Shown piece by piece: positions 1 through 11,583 of a stretch of 64,000 bases of DNA. The notes under the pieces were generated by a model. The model searched no databases, was not told the DNA's origin, and saw only the letters and a program-made list of their open reading frames with translations. How positions within the stretch are numbered: position 1 is the first letter of the stretch; every line of letters begins with the position of its first letter. Position numbers and translations under genes: made by a program. The DNA is from Dicyema japonicum (lineage: Eukaryota > Animalia > Dicyemida). Location of the stretch: NCBI GenBank assembly GCA_011109175.1, contig RDEW01000006.1, positions 129,612-193,611 of the forward strand. Reading direction: 5' to 3'.

Positions 1-891
1 ATCACTCCTCTATGGACTAGAAGTATGGTAATACCCTTCATACAATGAGCTTTATCTTGCTTCTTGAAAAATCGAGGAGAGCCGGGATCAAGATTCCCTG
101 CGCAAAAGGCTCGACGAGAGGTTTGGTGAAGATTTGTTAGTAATGTCCATAAGAGATGCAGCAGAGAAAAAGATGGCAAACTGCCAAAAAAAATGCCGTC
201 ATTGACTCGTATGTCGCAGCACAGAATAAACCATAAAAGGGGTCTGAGAGCGCAGAGGAGAGTCCAACTTCGGTCGAAAGCCAATTAATCCCCACTTACT
301 TTCCTTTGTTAATAAAGTTTAAAGTACTGAACAAGGTAGAACCTAGAATAACATGATGATCTTTCCAGAACATTGGTTGGCGATCCTTATGTAACTCAAA
401 TTGCGTGTTCGATACCTGAAACCATAATCGACACTAGTACCAAAAAATGACTTTAAAAATTATTATTATAACCTCGGGAACACAACAAAGAGGAAAAAGT
501 TATCGTCTAATTAAGTGCTCCCGGTGTCAGTGCGTCCTCCCTTGTTTCGACTTTGTCTGCAATATTTTATGATTGTCCAAAAGGGGGAAGGTTTGATCTC
601 AAATTTGCGAGCATACTTCTGGTAGGCAAGAAACTCACTTTAAAAATTATATTCGGAAATCTATTTTAAAAAATAAAAAAATTATTAATTTAATAAAATT
701 TTTTGATTCCAAAAAATACCATTTCCTAAATTAGCAAATTTCGAAGATTTTAAAAGTTGTCTCAAATCAAGATGAGACATACGACGATCAAAATGAGAAT
801 GCTAACAAAGATAATTAAACAACATAAACAAATTATTACCAAAATGTAATAAAAAGATCAAAAATGTAGTAAATGAAAGTTCTCATTGAAT

Positions 892-1551
892 CTAATTAAC
901 AATATGGGCAGCAGCATCCACGTGGGCTTCAATCTCCTTCTCCTTTCCGGCATTCAACTTCCTGGCCTGCAACTTCAGTCTCTTTTCCTTCACAGCCTGC
1001 CTCTTAGCCTGCGCCAGATCACTGCACTCACAAATAAACAGAACCTCAGCTCCTTCAGCCTCTTCTGCTCAGATTGGTTCTTGTGGATGAACTCCATAAG
1101 GGTCCGCTTACTCTTAAATGTGTTTCCTTTACACTTCAGATAGATTTTATGGTATCTAGACTACATAGGAAGCCCCACGTGTGTCGATCGATCTTCCCGC
1201 TCTCTCTGTAAGCCTTTAAGAGTCTCCGTTGGATCCTCAGTCGGTTTATCCAAAGTCGTTTCTTCGGCATCCTCGCGTTGGCTGTTCCTCGTCTTTTACC
1301 GATTCCGCGATGTCGACCTTTCCTTCGAGCTTCAAGCTTCTCACGAATTCTAGCACGTGACTGGACTTTCACAGGTTTTCTGAAAATCAGTCCGTTTGTA
1401 ATCATTCGTCTCACACTTTGTCCTGAAAATAATGATAAGGCTTACTGGAGTTGGCCGTGGCAATGTGCTTGCATTCATTGCTGTCCAGCCAGATCCGTCT
1501 CTTCCCACATTTGAGGATATCCGCAGCTAATCTTCGTTGGAGTTTCAGCAT
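892..1551 (-). CDS. RPL19: 60S ribosomal protein L19 (eL19), 4 exons
   Basis: Spliced translation [23 protein letters not shown]...[20 protein letters not shown]...[31 protein letters not shown]. Three GT-AG introns of 23 nt each (1423-1445, 1156-1178, 1022-1044); TAG stop at 892-894. Confidence 0.97.
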
Positions 1552-1689
1552 TTCCTTTAACTACAAAAACAAAATGGTTGTGCGTGTTAAATTTAAATTA
1601 GTTTTATTAATTTAATGTTAATTTTAAATACAAAAATTTATTTATATTAAAAATTTTGTTGAAGATCGAACCTTCCCGTAGGAAATTCT

Positions 1690-2936
1690 CAGCCACCGAA
1701 GAGAAAATCACTTCACTGCTTTTCAGTTGAACATCAAAGGTATTAAAGGGAAGGTCAGGGAACTCCGCTCACTCATGACAAGTCAGAAGATCAACGTGAC
1801 TATGATTCAGGAGACCAAACTCACTTTAAATTACTATACCTCTAAATTCCTCTGATGTAAGGCTATCAGGATTGACTCTATAGAGAGAAGAGGTGAGATC
1901 TGCTCACTTTATTCAAAAAAGAGCCTGAAATAAGAGACATCTCGGAGGTGAGGAAACTTGTTGGGGATGATGAGGTTAGCGAAACAATTGGAATCTCGCT
2001 CGGACAACGAAAGGAAGACTATGCCTAATAGATATCCCGTTTCGCCCCTTGGTTCCTGTCCAAGGAGTTATGTTATGCCAAACCTATCAAGACTGGATTC
2101 CTTCGTTGAGATCTGCTGGAATCTGAATGCTAAGCACCCTTATGGCAGTCAAATCAACTATCCGACATGAGAGGGAACTAATGTTATCGCAAACGGACTC
2201 CCTAACGATTTTGAATGATCCATCGAAAAATACAGACACAACTACGAAAGACGGATCAGCCTACCTCGCCCGACGTAACACTTGTCTCCACATTACTTTC
2301 ATAGAAAATTTCTTGGTCAGTCTTCTATGAAACAAAAAGTTCGATTGTGAAGATCAAGAGAGAGGCCAGCTTCTTTAGTAGACGAAGGAAAAGTTTGACT
2401 TGGAAGTGAATGCAGAGAAGTCGACCACGTCCCTTTTTACCTCTGACAAAAGATTGGGAAGGAACACAGTCACCTCGAAGTTAAACAAGGTCCCTTTGTC
2501 AAAGGATCGTGAAACTTGATGTGCATCACACGTATAAAATATTCTTGTGAAATGTGAAAAGAAACTGAAAGTACTAAAAAGTTTATCGAGAATATGGAAG
2601 AGTGGTACTCACCCGGTCCTGATGAACTTGTACAAACAGTACATCGAGCCAAGTTTTCATATGCATGCGCATCGTGGGGACCATCCATATCTTGGGCAAA
2701 TATGAGGAAGCTCTAGGAAATCCAAAAGATGGCTTTCAGAGTGACGAAGCGTTGGATTTGTGGAGATCACGAACCGGACCAACGTCTCTTGAGACCCTTA
2801 TGAAACTAGACTCCAGAATGCGCTCCATAAATTCAGTCAGCCGTAAGATCATGCGCGGGAATTGGGGAGGAACACCAGGAAAAAATAAGGTCATTGATGG
2901 AACGCATCGAGATTACGTGATAATTAGTTTGGTTTT
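1690..2936 (+). mobile_element. Internally deleted Ingi/Vingi-like LINE (APE start plus RT C-terminus); its 3' tail resumes at 3945-3990
   Basis: FQLNIKGIKGKVRELRSLMTSQKINVTMIQETKL (APE N-terminus) and NLNAKHP. 2360-2930 aligns to the copy at 22400-22990, whose 3' UTR (tttggttttaccgtggtcttgg..aaataaata) appears here after the inserted SINE. Confidence 0.7.
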
Positions 2937-3069
2937 CACTGATGACGGCGTCACTCGTCAAGCCAAAGCATATTGATGCGTGGGACCTACAACCGAAAAA
3001 TGTACAGTATCGGGATTCGATCTAGCGACCTTCAGGCCTCTTGCCCGGCAATCGTTACCTGCGCCACCC

Positions 3070-3158
3070 GGCCACGACACTAAGAGTTCCGAGGCGGTCA
3101 CCCAGCCATGTACTAACACAGTCTATAACCACTTAACTTCCGCGGTCGGCGGAACCGG
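3070..3158 (-). pseudogene. 5S rRNA-derived segment (about nt 25-119 of 5S) inside the SINE
   Basis: Minus strand reads ccggttccgccgaccgcggaagttaag...gttagtacatggctgggtgaccgcctcggaac...gtgtcgtggcc, matching invertebrate 5S Box A (GAAGTTAAG), GTTAGTAC and Box C (TGGGTGACCGCCT). The 5' end of 5S is absent. Confidence 0.85.
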
Positions 3159-3173
3159 ATCGTCTATATAGGA

Positions 3174-3778
3174 CAGTGGTTCCCAACCGTTTTGAGAGCA
3201 CTGAACCCTATCGACATTTTTCATTTTATACGCGGAATCCTTATATAGTTTTTAACAATTATTAGTATTTTACTAATATAAAAAAATAAAATTCTAGTTA
3301 GTGAGATGGTTGAGGCTGATGTCTCTTGCATTGCTCCGTAATAATTAGCCTTCTCCTTGAAAGGGATAACGCAGGTCTTCCTCCACATACAGTAGATTCG
3401 CGTGTTTTTTATGTTCTATATTTTTAATGCAGAAAATCCACTTTCACAGAGATAAGTCTTTGAAAACTGGACCAAACTTATTAAAGTTTTTTTCCAGAAT
3501 ACGATATTATTTTTGACAATCAGCCAAACAAATTAATATCATTCCGTTTTTAACGTTCTGTCACTCGAAATAAACGCAAGTTCTTATTCCTCTTTTAATG
3601 TTCGCTCGTTTCCAGTAATTTCGTAATCAGCAATATAACTTTCTCGATACAATCGAACTTTAAGATATGCACTGTCACAAGACTCTATTTAGACACGCGC
3701 AAATTAAATTAATTCGTTTTGAAAATTATTCTTTTGAAAAAAAAATTAAATTCGCGGAACCCAGTTTGGGAAACACTG
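3174..3778 (-). mobile_element. Non-autonomous hAT (Buster/Charlie type) element
   Basis: TIRs cagtggttcccaac / tttgggaaacactg. Perfect 8-bp TSD atatagga (3166-3173, 3779-3786) fitting the Buster nnnTAnnn preference. Minus strand retains TYLCESGFSAL of the hAT dimerisation domain. Confidence 0.92.
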
Positions 3779-5678
3779 ATATAGGACATACACCCAAGAA
3801 AAATAAAAACAAAGAAGTGAAGATTCTTTCTCGATTAGCTATGATAACTGTTCTTTGTTTAAAATAAAGTGTGTGTTCTGTCTGAGGGGAGCGATAGCTG
3901 ATATGGCATTTCGAAAAGTGCACATTTTAGGGCAATAATAAAATGTTTGGTTTTACCGTGATCTTGGTTGTTAAATAAAATAAATAAACACAAAAAGTCA
4001 AATTAACAATTCGAGCCTTGGCTACGTGGCTATTTCCTCTAGGGATTGCGACCAAAATTCTATCCTATACCCAGCAATGCTAATGGAGATCTCTGGTACA
4101 TGTCAAAATAGTCGACCTTAGTCGATCCAGGAATTCGAACTTTCAAGAGCACATTGGAACCTGATGTTTTTACGGCGAATGGAACGAACATAACATCATA
4201 GGTTAGGACAGCTTATTTTGTTCATTTCGATCTTTCGGGTTTCTAGCTGCTGAATAGACTCTTGAAGAATTATGATGTCGGTTGTTTGAGGACAAATGTG
4301 CTAAAATGCCCATAAGATTATCCATACCTCACAAACAATTCTGTGAATTAGCTTTCTGATGAGGAATTCATGTCTTATCAGGGCCATTAAATTATTATCA
4401 AAGTGGAGATTAATCCAGGACTCCAAAACTAATCGCAGGAAAAGGACTGGTATGGACATCGGGATAACTTAATTATGGGATAACTTTTATCCTCTTTCTC
4501 GTGATTTAAAAAAATTAAATTATATTTTGGAAATATTCTGAATTAGGTCAGCTGCTCAAAGAGCAACAGCAGAACAAATTGCATCTCATAAAGCATATAA
4601 AAAATTAAAAAAGATTTTGTGGAGGATCCAACGGAAGTAAAGAAATGTTTTACGCAGACGATAAAATAATGAAATTAGATAATTGAGCAGGAAATTCAGA
4701 ATATAACATGAAGTATCTATTACGGTTTACACGGATACCCTATATGTTGTGTTGAGAGGGGAATAAAAAAGTTTAAAGTTTTAACGAAAAAAACAGAAAT
4801 TTAAAAGACACTAATGTGAAAAATATGTGATTATGTGATATAACAAATAGTTGACATGTGTTTAATAATGAGAGAGAAGACGGATGCATATCTCTCCAGG
4901 ATCGGACGAAGGCTTCTTTCGAAGAGATGCTAGCGCCACAAATTCTCAAAATGGCGTATCAGAGGGAACGCCTTCGAAACTCTGGCCTCTTAAATAAAAA
5001 TCTTTACTTGTTTCTTTTTTTTCAAAAATTGAAAATTTTTAAGTGCTATATTTTGTGATTTATAAATGCTATAATGCTATTTTAAGTGTTATATTTTAAA
5101 TTGTAACTTCTATAAAAATTGCCCTACTTAATACTTAATAATGTGTGGTCAATGAATGTGGGAAGTGGTATTAAATTTACTAGGAGATATTGGATGAGAA
5201 TCATTCATATGATTACATAAGCTATAGTTCTATACTTTTTTATTCTGTCTCTTCCTTCCATACTAGTTATATTTCAAACTCCTTAGAACACTGATGGCTT
5301 TCGCATCCACTAGTCTTCTATTTATTTCTCTTAGGTCTCAATCATGGATTTGCGAAAGTGTAATACTAGGATGTTTACGGAATATTTCTTAGAATCCTAC
5401 TAAGTAGTTTTCCACGTGACATTTGCTTGTGTACTAACTCATTCTTAGGTTGCAGCCAAGCAGATCTTAACTTACGTGGATTTCACACTAATATAGTAAT
5501 CTCTGAGCCTCTTTGACACTAAGAATAAAATTTAAGAAAAATTTCCTGACTAAACATTGGGGATGAAAATTGAGGGGATGCAAAAATGGACGAAACCCAA
5601 TAATTATTGATAATTTATTTAGTTTTTTTATGGTGGCGAACCTAAATAGTAATAAATTCTGCAACATTGATAATAAAA

Positions 5679-7221
5679 ATGAATTTCATATTTGTCATAT
5701 TAACAATTTTCGGTGTTGGATACATCTACCACTACAGTAATTATAGCACTCCCAGAGTCGATAAAAGCCAGCCACTAATAATAACCGATTATTTAAACAA
5801 GGGACGAGCAGATCTGGCAAGAGAACTGAGCAGAGTTGAGCCATTCCTCGGGGATTTCGAGAGCTACTCAGGATTTTTCAGAGTTAGTGACGACTGCGTA
5901 AGAAACATGTTCTTTTGGTATTTCCCTGCAATAGTTAACCAAATATTATATTAAAGAATGGAAATACTTCAGCCCCTCTCTTAGTTTGGCTACAGGGAGG
6001 TCCCGGGAGTTCCTCAATTTACGGCCTCTTCGTAGAAAACGGTCCCTATTACTTTGACGTCGACAATAACGAACGTATCTTTGTATCCTCATTTCTCAGT
6101 GCAAGTCAGACCTGTCGCCTGGACAAACAATTACAACGTTATCTTCATAGATAACCCAGTAATACTTTGAGTTACTTTAGGTGGGATCGGGGTTTAGCTT
6201 TTCTCCATCTCCCGGGGGGTGCTATCTAACGGAAGAAGATCAGGTTGGTCGTTATCTGTTAAAGTAATCCGTCAAACTCAAAATAGGACCATGGAACAAT
6301 TTTATCAGCTGTTCCATCATTAAGGAGGAACCCGTTTTATATCACGGGGGAATCATACGCAGGGAAGTATGTCCCAGCCATGGCCAATGCTATTGATGAG
6401 TATAACCAAAATAACCCGACTCCCATAAACTTAGCAGGGGTCGCAATCGGCAATGGGCTCTGTGACACCTATAATGTTGGTTAACGTGGTTGGACTGATA
6501 GATGATGAACTATGGGACTTTCTTATACAAAATAGGGCTCATCTTCGACAACCAAGTTGCTGATTTTGACAGATTAAACCAACTGGCCCGCGAAAGTATC
6601 GAAGTCGGGGATTTCCACCAAGGGACTATTGTACTGGTATAACCTAAATCCTCAGTATTTCGACGAGATGTTTGACCTCATGTACAATCTTACAGGATTG
6701 ACCGACTTTTATGACTACTACGCAGACAGAGTTCCCCCATCGTAATGCTTTAGGAAGTCCCTTACGACAATTACATAGAATTTGTTCAAAACAACTCCCA
6801 ACGACTCAATGCGGGGGATCTTCCATTTTATGACTTTGCACTGAAGGCATATTGGGCTCTTTATGCCGATGAGTCAAAATCCATAGCTCCTACGGTCCGA
6901 AAGCTCATTGATGCGGGGTACAAGGTAAAAGGGTCGAATTCCAATATAGACTCTGTTTTACAGTGGGCAGTTCGATTTGGTTATTCCTTACCCAATGACC
7001 ACTGAATTCTTGAGAAACCTAGACTGGAATAGTAAGGAAGACTTCGTGAGAGCCCCCAACAAATATGGTACTCGAGAAGTGGGCCTAGAAGAGTGAATGG
7101 ATACTATAAAAGTGCCGGGAATGTCATGCAATTAATCGTACGTAACTCTGGGCACATGGTCCCCATGGATCAGCCAATAGCAGCTCTAGAAATGCTGGAT
7201 CTATTCATTTATGATTTCTAA
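5679..7221 (+). CDS. CPVL: Serine carboxypeptidase, peptidase S10 (CPVL-like), secreted or membrane-anchored; 9 exons
   Basis: Motifs [34 protein letters not shown] (Ser), SGQFDLVIP (Asp), [13 protein letters not shown] (His); hydrophobic N-terminus. Eight introns of 22-26 nt. Two -1 frameshifts in C runs (about 6314 and 7055). Confidence 0.9.
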
Positions 7222-7989
7222 CTCTAACTGGTCACTTACTTTACTAATTCTATTTAATATAACTGTGGACGGTCTCTTAATTGAGCTTTTCGATTTCACC
7301 CTTTCACGATTGTTTATAAACAGTCAAGTTGACAGATGATCCCCAAGTTCATCAAATTTTGGAAGGACAGGATTCGAACCCGGAGCTGCATCCGACAGTC
7401 CATTTGTTAAGAACTTGGGGTTACTGATGTCTCCCTAATGAGGATGAGGGTTTCATCCATCATGAAGCTAAGCATACATTCGGCGCATTTAAAGTACGTC
7501 ACCACCTCGATCTTCCGACAAATTGACTACTTGGCTTATTTATCCCTCACCTCCAGATAATCTAGATTTAACCATTTTCTCATAAATGTTTACAATATCT
7601 ATTTTATCGGAAATTAAATATTCGAGATTAAATTATTTCGTTTTCGATAATAGTGGTGTATCTCAGTGAACTCTATCAGTGGTCATAGTAATTTTTGCAG
7701 GAAAGTCTTCAATTCATAAAAATTAACAGTTTTTGATTAACGGGCTATAACATAGATATTTTGGTTTTACAATACTGCAATTCCGGTATTTGAAACATTT
7801 ATATTTCATCAGATTGTGAAAGTAGCTGTTATCAGATATTCGATGTTGAAATTACAGTCATATGTGAAATAATACTCAACCACGAAGATTTGTCATAATT
7901 CGTTTATTTTGTGGTTGGCGAACTAGATTTATCCTCTTTCCCGTAGAAGGAATTCCGGGAGGTTCCCCAGACACATAGGCATCAACGAG

Positions 7990-8728
7990 GTCGTCAAATG
8001 GGTCTGGAATCACTGGGGTTCCAATCTCAACTAACTACGTGATCCCAGATCGACAAGGGAGAAGACGAGACCGGAAGGGTCGATAATCCTGAACACCTCT
8101 TTTCATCGGACAAAGCATTGGCTCAAACTTTCTGTATGCTTGTAGATATTTCGATAGTGTATAGAATAGAGGGCAGCTCTGTAAACTAACCGCCTTTAAG
8201 AGTTTCCGTTGTAATTCGATTGAGAAATTTTCGATGGGCTGGGTTTTGTGTTCTGGTCCAATTAACCTTATTGCAGTCTCATAGATTGCGGATAGTTTCA
8301 ATGAGGATGATCGTGAAATCTGCATTACTCACGAAGGACTTGTATACGTCATCGTGGCAAGGCTCCCAGTTTTGTCTCTAAGTATTTTTGAGAGCACTTT
8401 TAAAATTCTCATTTTCTTCAGAGCAGAAGTTACTTTGTTCTCAATATGTCGGATAAATGTGAGTCCCTGATCAAAGGTGACTCCCAGAATCTTTGGTTTT
8501 TTGTTAATAGGAATAGCCAGGTTCTTCATAAAGATTTTTGGTTCGACACAGAGCTGTATTTTGTAAGTGGTAAACAGCGTGACAGAGGACTTTGTTGCTG
8601 ATGCGTCGAGTCTCCGCTTCGAGAGCCATAGTTCCAGTTTGTCAAGCATTTGTTGAGCGGAATGAATCGCTGAATGAATGATTCTGTTCTTGGAGGCAAG
8701 AATGATATCGTCGGCATAGGAGAGGATT
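7990..8728 (-). mobile_element. Ingi/Vingi-like LINE, RT C-terminus to 3' end
   Basis: LSYADDIILAS, PKILGVTFDQGLTF; reading frame ends in SGIT-stop followed by ttagtt. Confidence 0.8.
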
Positions 8729-9041
8729 GGCATGGTGGTTAGGTGTCGGGCTAAAGTGACTAAGGTTACGGGTTCGATTCTCGCTGCTGTTCACCTGGTG
8801 GAAGATTCCACGCATCTACGATGCTAAAAGAGTTTGACGAGTGACGCCGTCATCAGTGGATACTCACTGCGAACTGGATTGTCTAGAAAGGACCCACACA
8901 CAAGAAAAAAAAAAACAAGTGAAGATCATTCTTTGGTTCTATTAGTTAAAATTAACTGTTCTTTACTTAAATAAAGTGTGTGTCCTGCCTATGCAGAGCT
9001 ATAAATATTATAGCTCTCGTGGAAAGGCTGTTATTATTATT
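8729..9041 (+). mobile_element. SINE copy (b): tRNA-derived head, core, RTE-like tail
   Basis: A-box-like tggcatggtgg and B-box-like ggttcgattct. 13-bp TSD ataggagaggatt (8716-8728, 9042-9054). (tta)n tail and stem-loop gagctata-aatat-tatagctc at 8996-9016. Confidence 0.88.
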
Positions 9042-9054
9042 ATAGGAGAGGATT

Positions 9055-9400
9055 AGGGTACTATGACATTTGGCCGACAGACGTTTAGCCGACAGACATT
9101 TAACCGACAATGTAATTAAGCATAAATGATCAAGAAATAAACTATGTATTTTAATAACGGTACTATGTATTTTAATAACGGAATGACAATAAGACAAGTA
9201 AAAAAGAAGTACCAGAATGTGAACAAAAGGATAAACAGTATTATTGAAAAAAATATGAATACACTCCAGTAGAATTTTGTAGTGCGCTTTTTCATAACCT
9301 TTAAGTAAATCTTAACTGTTTACCTACAGAACAATGAGTATTGATGTAATTTTTTTAACTCATTTTATTTGATTTTTTTATCCTGAATTTTAAACAATGT
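9055..9400 (+). mobile_element. MULE-like remnant (repeated ccgacagacatt end motif plus transposase C-terminus)
   Basis: Three ccgaca(gac) units, then KKYQNVNKRINSIIEK..EYTPVEFCSALFHNL resembling Mutator C-termini. Confidence 0.45.
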
Positions 9401-11430
9401 GCTAATAAAAAGTATGACATATTTCTTTGTTATTTGTGCTAAATGTCTGGACACCGAGGATTAGGCAGTTTTCATTACAGGTTTGTGGCATGTCGTTTAT
9501 GTAGAGATTGAAGAGTTGGGGATACAGGGGAGCCTTGAGAGACTCCATTTGGAAAGTAGCGATATCTTGATTTGATGTTGTTGCAGAGTACTTTTGCTCG
9601 TCTTCCATTTAAGAAGTTTCCAAGCCAAAATTTCAGTTTCGGATGGATGTTGGTTTCGAATATTTTCTTTGTAAGGAGTTTTCTGGGGTGTGAGTCGAAC
9701 GCTTTTGTGATGTCCACGGATATAAGTACTGTCCTCTGATGGGGTTTGGGGGAGTTAAATCCTTCCGCAATGAATTGTGTGTGAGGGTTATGATGTGTGT
9801 TGTGGTTGAATGGTTACCTTCGGAATCCGTGCTGGGTCGATAATATTGAGATTGAGTCTTGTACTTTTTCCAGAACAAGCCTTTCAAGGGTCCTTGAGAC
9901 CGGTCTCAGAATAGATATTGGGCGATAAGAAGATGGTTCATTTATTGTCTAGATTTTCGGATAGGTTTGATTAGAGACTTCTTCCATATTTCAGGGATTG
10001 TATTTGTGTTAATGGATAGGTCGAAGATATAGGCTAATAGTTCCAGGGCTCGATGGCCTATGTGCTTCAGTTCACATGTGTTATGTTGTCTGTCCTTCGG
10101 CCTCTGAGTTGTTGGCTTTGGATATTGCTCTGCGGACATTCCTGACTAGTAAATAGAATCCAGTCATCGGAGCGTTTCGGTTCAATCTTTTTCAGGAATA
10201 CTTGGTGTTCTTTTGAAAACTTTCTTGTAGGAGATAGACGTATAATATTTTATCAGAGTGTCTGGTTTGATGTAGAGTTCGACTTTTCTCTCTGGGGAGG
10301 ATCTTTTGATGTTCTTGATCCACTTCCAGACTATCTGCATTGGGGGCTCTTGCAGAGAGCCTTTGATAGTCTCGTCCATCTATTTGCATTTTCTGCCTTT
10401 ATGTTCTTGTCGATCTCTCTGTTCAGTTCTCGTATTTTCCTGACGTTCTCTTCTGTTGGCGATTTTACCATCTTTAGATTGTTTCGTTCTCTGATCAAAG
10501 AGGGAGGAGTGGGAAAGTTAATAGTCCAATTCAATCATCGATGTAATCCTTGAATCCTCTCCAGTTCGCAAGGCTGTAATTAATTATCGTTGGACATTTT
10601 ACTTTTATCCGTGAGCTCGTTTTGACCTCCAAAAATATTGGAATGTGGTCACTCCTGATGTCACATTTCAATGACCAGTCAATATGAGGGGCAAAGGAAG
10701 ATGATGACATTGAGATGTCAATGGATGAAGGTTTATCGTTACATCGAGTAGGTGTTCTTGTATGGGGAACAGGATCGTTGAGTATACCTAGACTGTGAAG
10801 GTCCTCAATTAGCATTTCCCCCTATTGTCATGGGTTTGTCTTGTCAACCAAAATGGGTGCTTCGCATAGAAGTCACCACAGATAATCACATCCTTCAGTG
10901 ACATTAGAGGAGTCAACGTGGAAGCACTGGAAGAGAAGGAACTCAAAGGTGGGAGATATTCGTTGACCAATATTATTGAAAGTCTTGGGAGTCGGACTTT
11001 GGTAGCCACAAGTTCGAGATTTCCATAGCCTTTAAGCATACTGTAGACACTGTCAGTTATATCATCAAACGAAATTCCGTTGCGAAATACTGTGAGAAGG
11101 CTCCCACAAGTTTCCCAGGTCTGTCACGACGAATTACTGTAAATCCAGGAAATATTGGTGTTAAGTTCTTGGGGGAAAGTTTAGACTCTTGAATCAACAA
11201 CAAGTCGATGTGATGTTCTTTCAAAAATGTCCAAGTTCGAGTACCTTTTTCACGATTCCATTTATATTGAGTTGGACTATTCTGGCTGGTCCAAGGTTTG
11301 CCTCAACGTCTCCGCAACGGCGCAGGCCTTCCTTATTGGTCCACCCTTGAAGATAGGGGAAAGTGTGTGTCTTTCTTCCAGCGAGCCACATGCCATTTCA
11401 CATGGGAAGGGTATAGATCCAATGGGATGA
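9400..11430 (-). mobile_element. Ingi/Vingi-like LINE (APE plus RT, degenerate)
   Basis: IVQLNINGI..IDLLLIQESKL, ICGDFYAKHPFW, SSIDISM..SDHIPI (APE); IAEGFNSPKPHQRTVLISVDITKAFDS, NGVSQGSPVSP, YINDMP (RT). Confidence 0.88.
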
Positions 11431-11583
11431 CCTGTTTGATAAAAATCAAAGTAAATTTGTGTAATAGCTTTTAAAATAAATTAAGAATGAAAAAAGTAGT
11501 TATTTAAATATTAGACGCCAATAAAATTAAATGTTAGTGAGTAATTCTCATCCCAACGTTCTCCCTTAAAATAAGCAAATAGA

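Larger units (their letters stand above)
2937..3944 (+). mobile_element. SINE copy (a): inverted 5S-like + tRNA-like + core segment, then sense 3' body and tail; carries a nested hAT
   Basis: 10-bp direct repeat gtttggtttt at 2927-2936 and 3945-3954. The core (ctgatgacggcgtcactcgtcaa) is antisense to the copy at 8729-9041, while the 3' body (gaagtgaag...aactgttct...aataaagtgtgtg) is sense. Confidence 0.8.

Noticed and set aside
3070-3158. Functional 5S rRNA gene
   Set aside because: It lacks the 5' about 25 nt and a T-run terminator, and is embedded in a TSD-flanked retroposon.
7355-7440. tRNA gene
   Set aside because: A T-loop motif is present but I could not form an acceptor stem or D-arm; not called as a tRNA.
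9141-9181. 20-bp tandem duplication (actatgtattttaataacgg x2)
   Set aside because: Simple slippage within a TE remnant.
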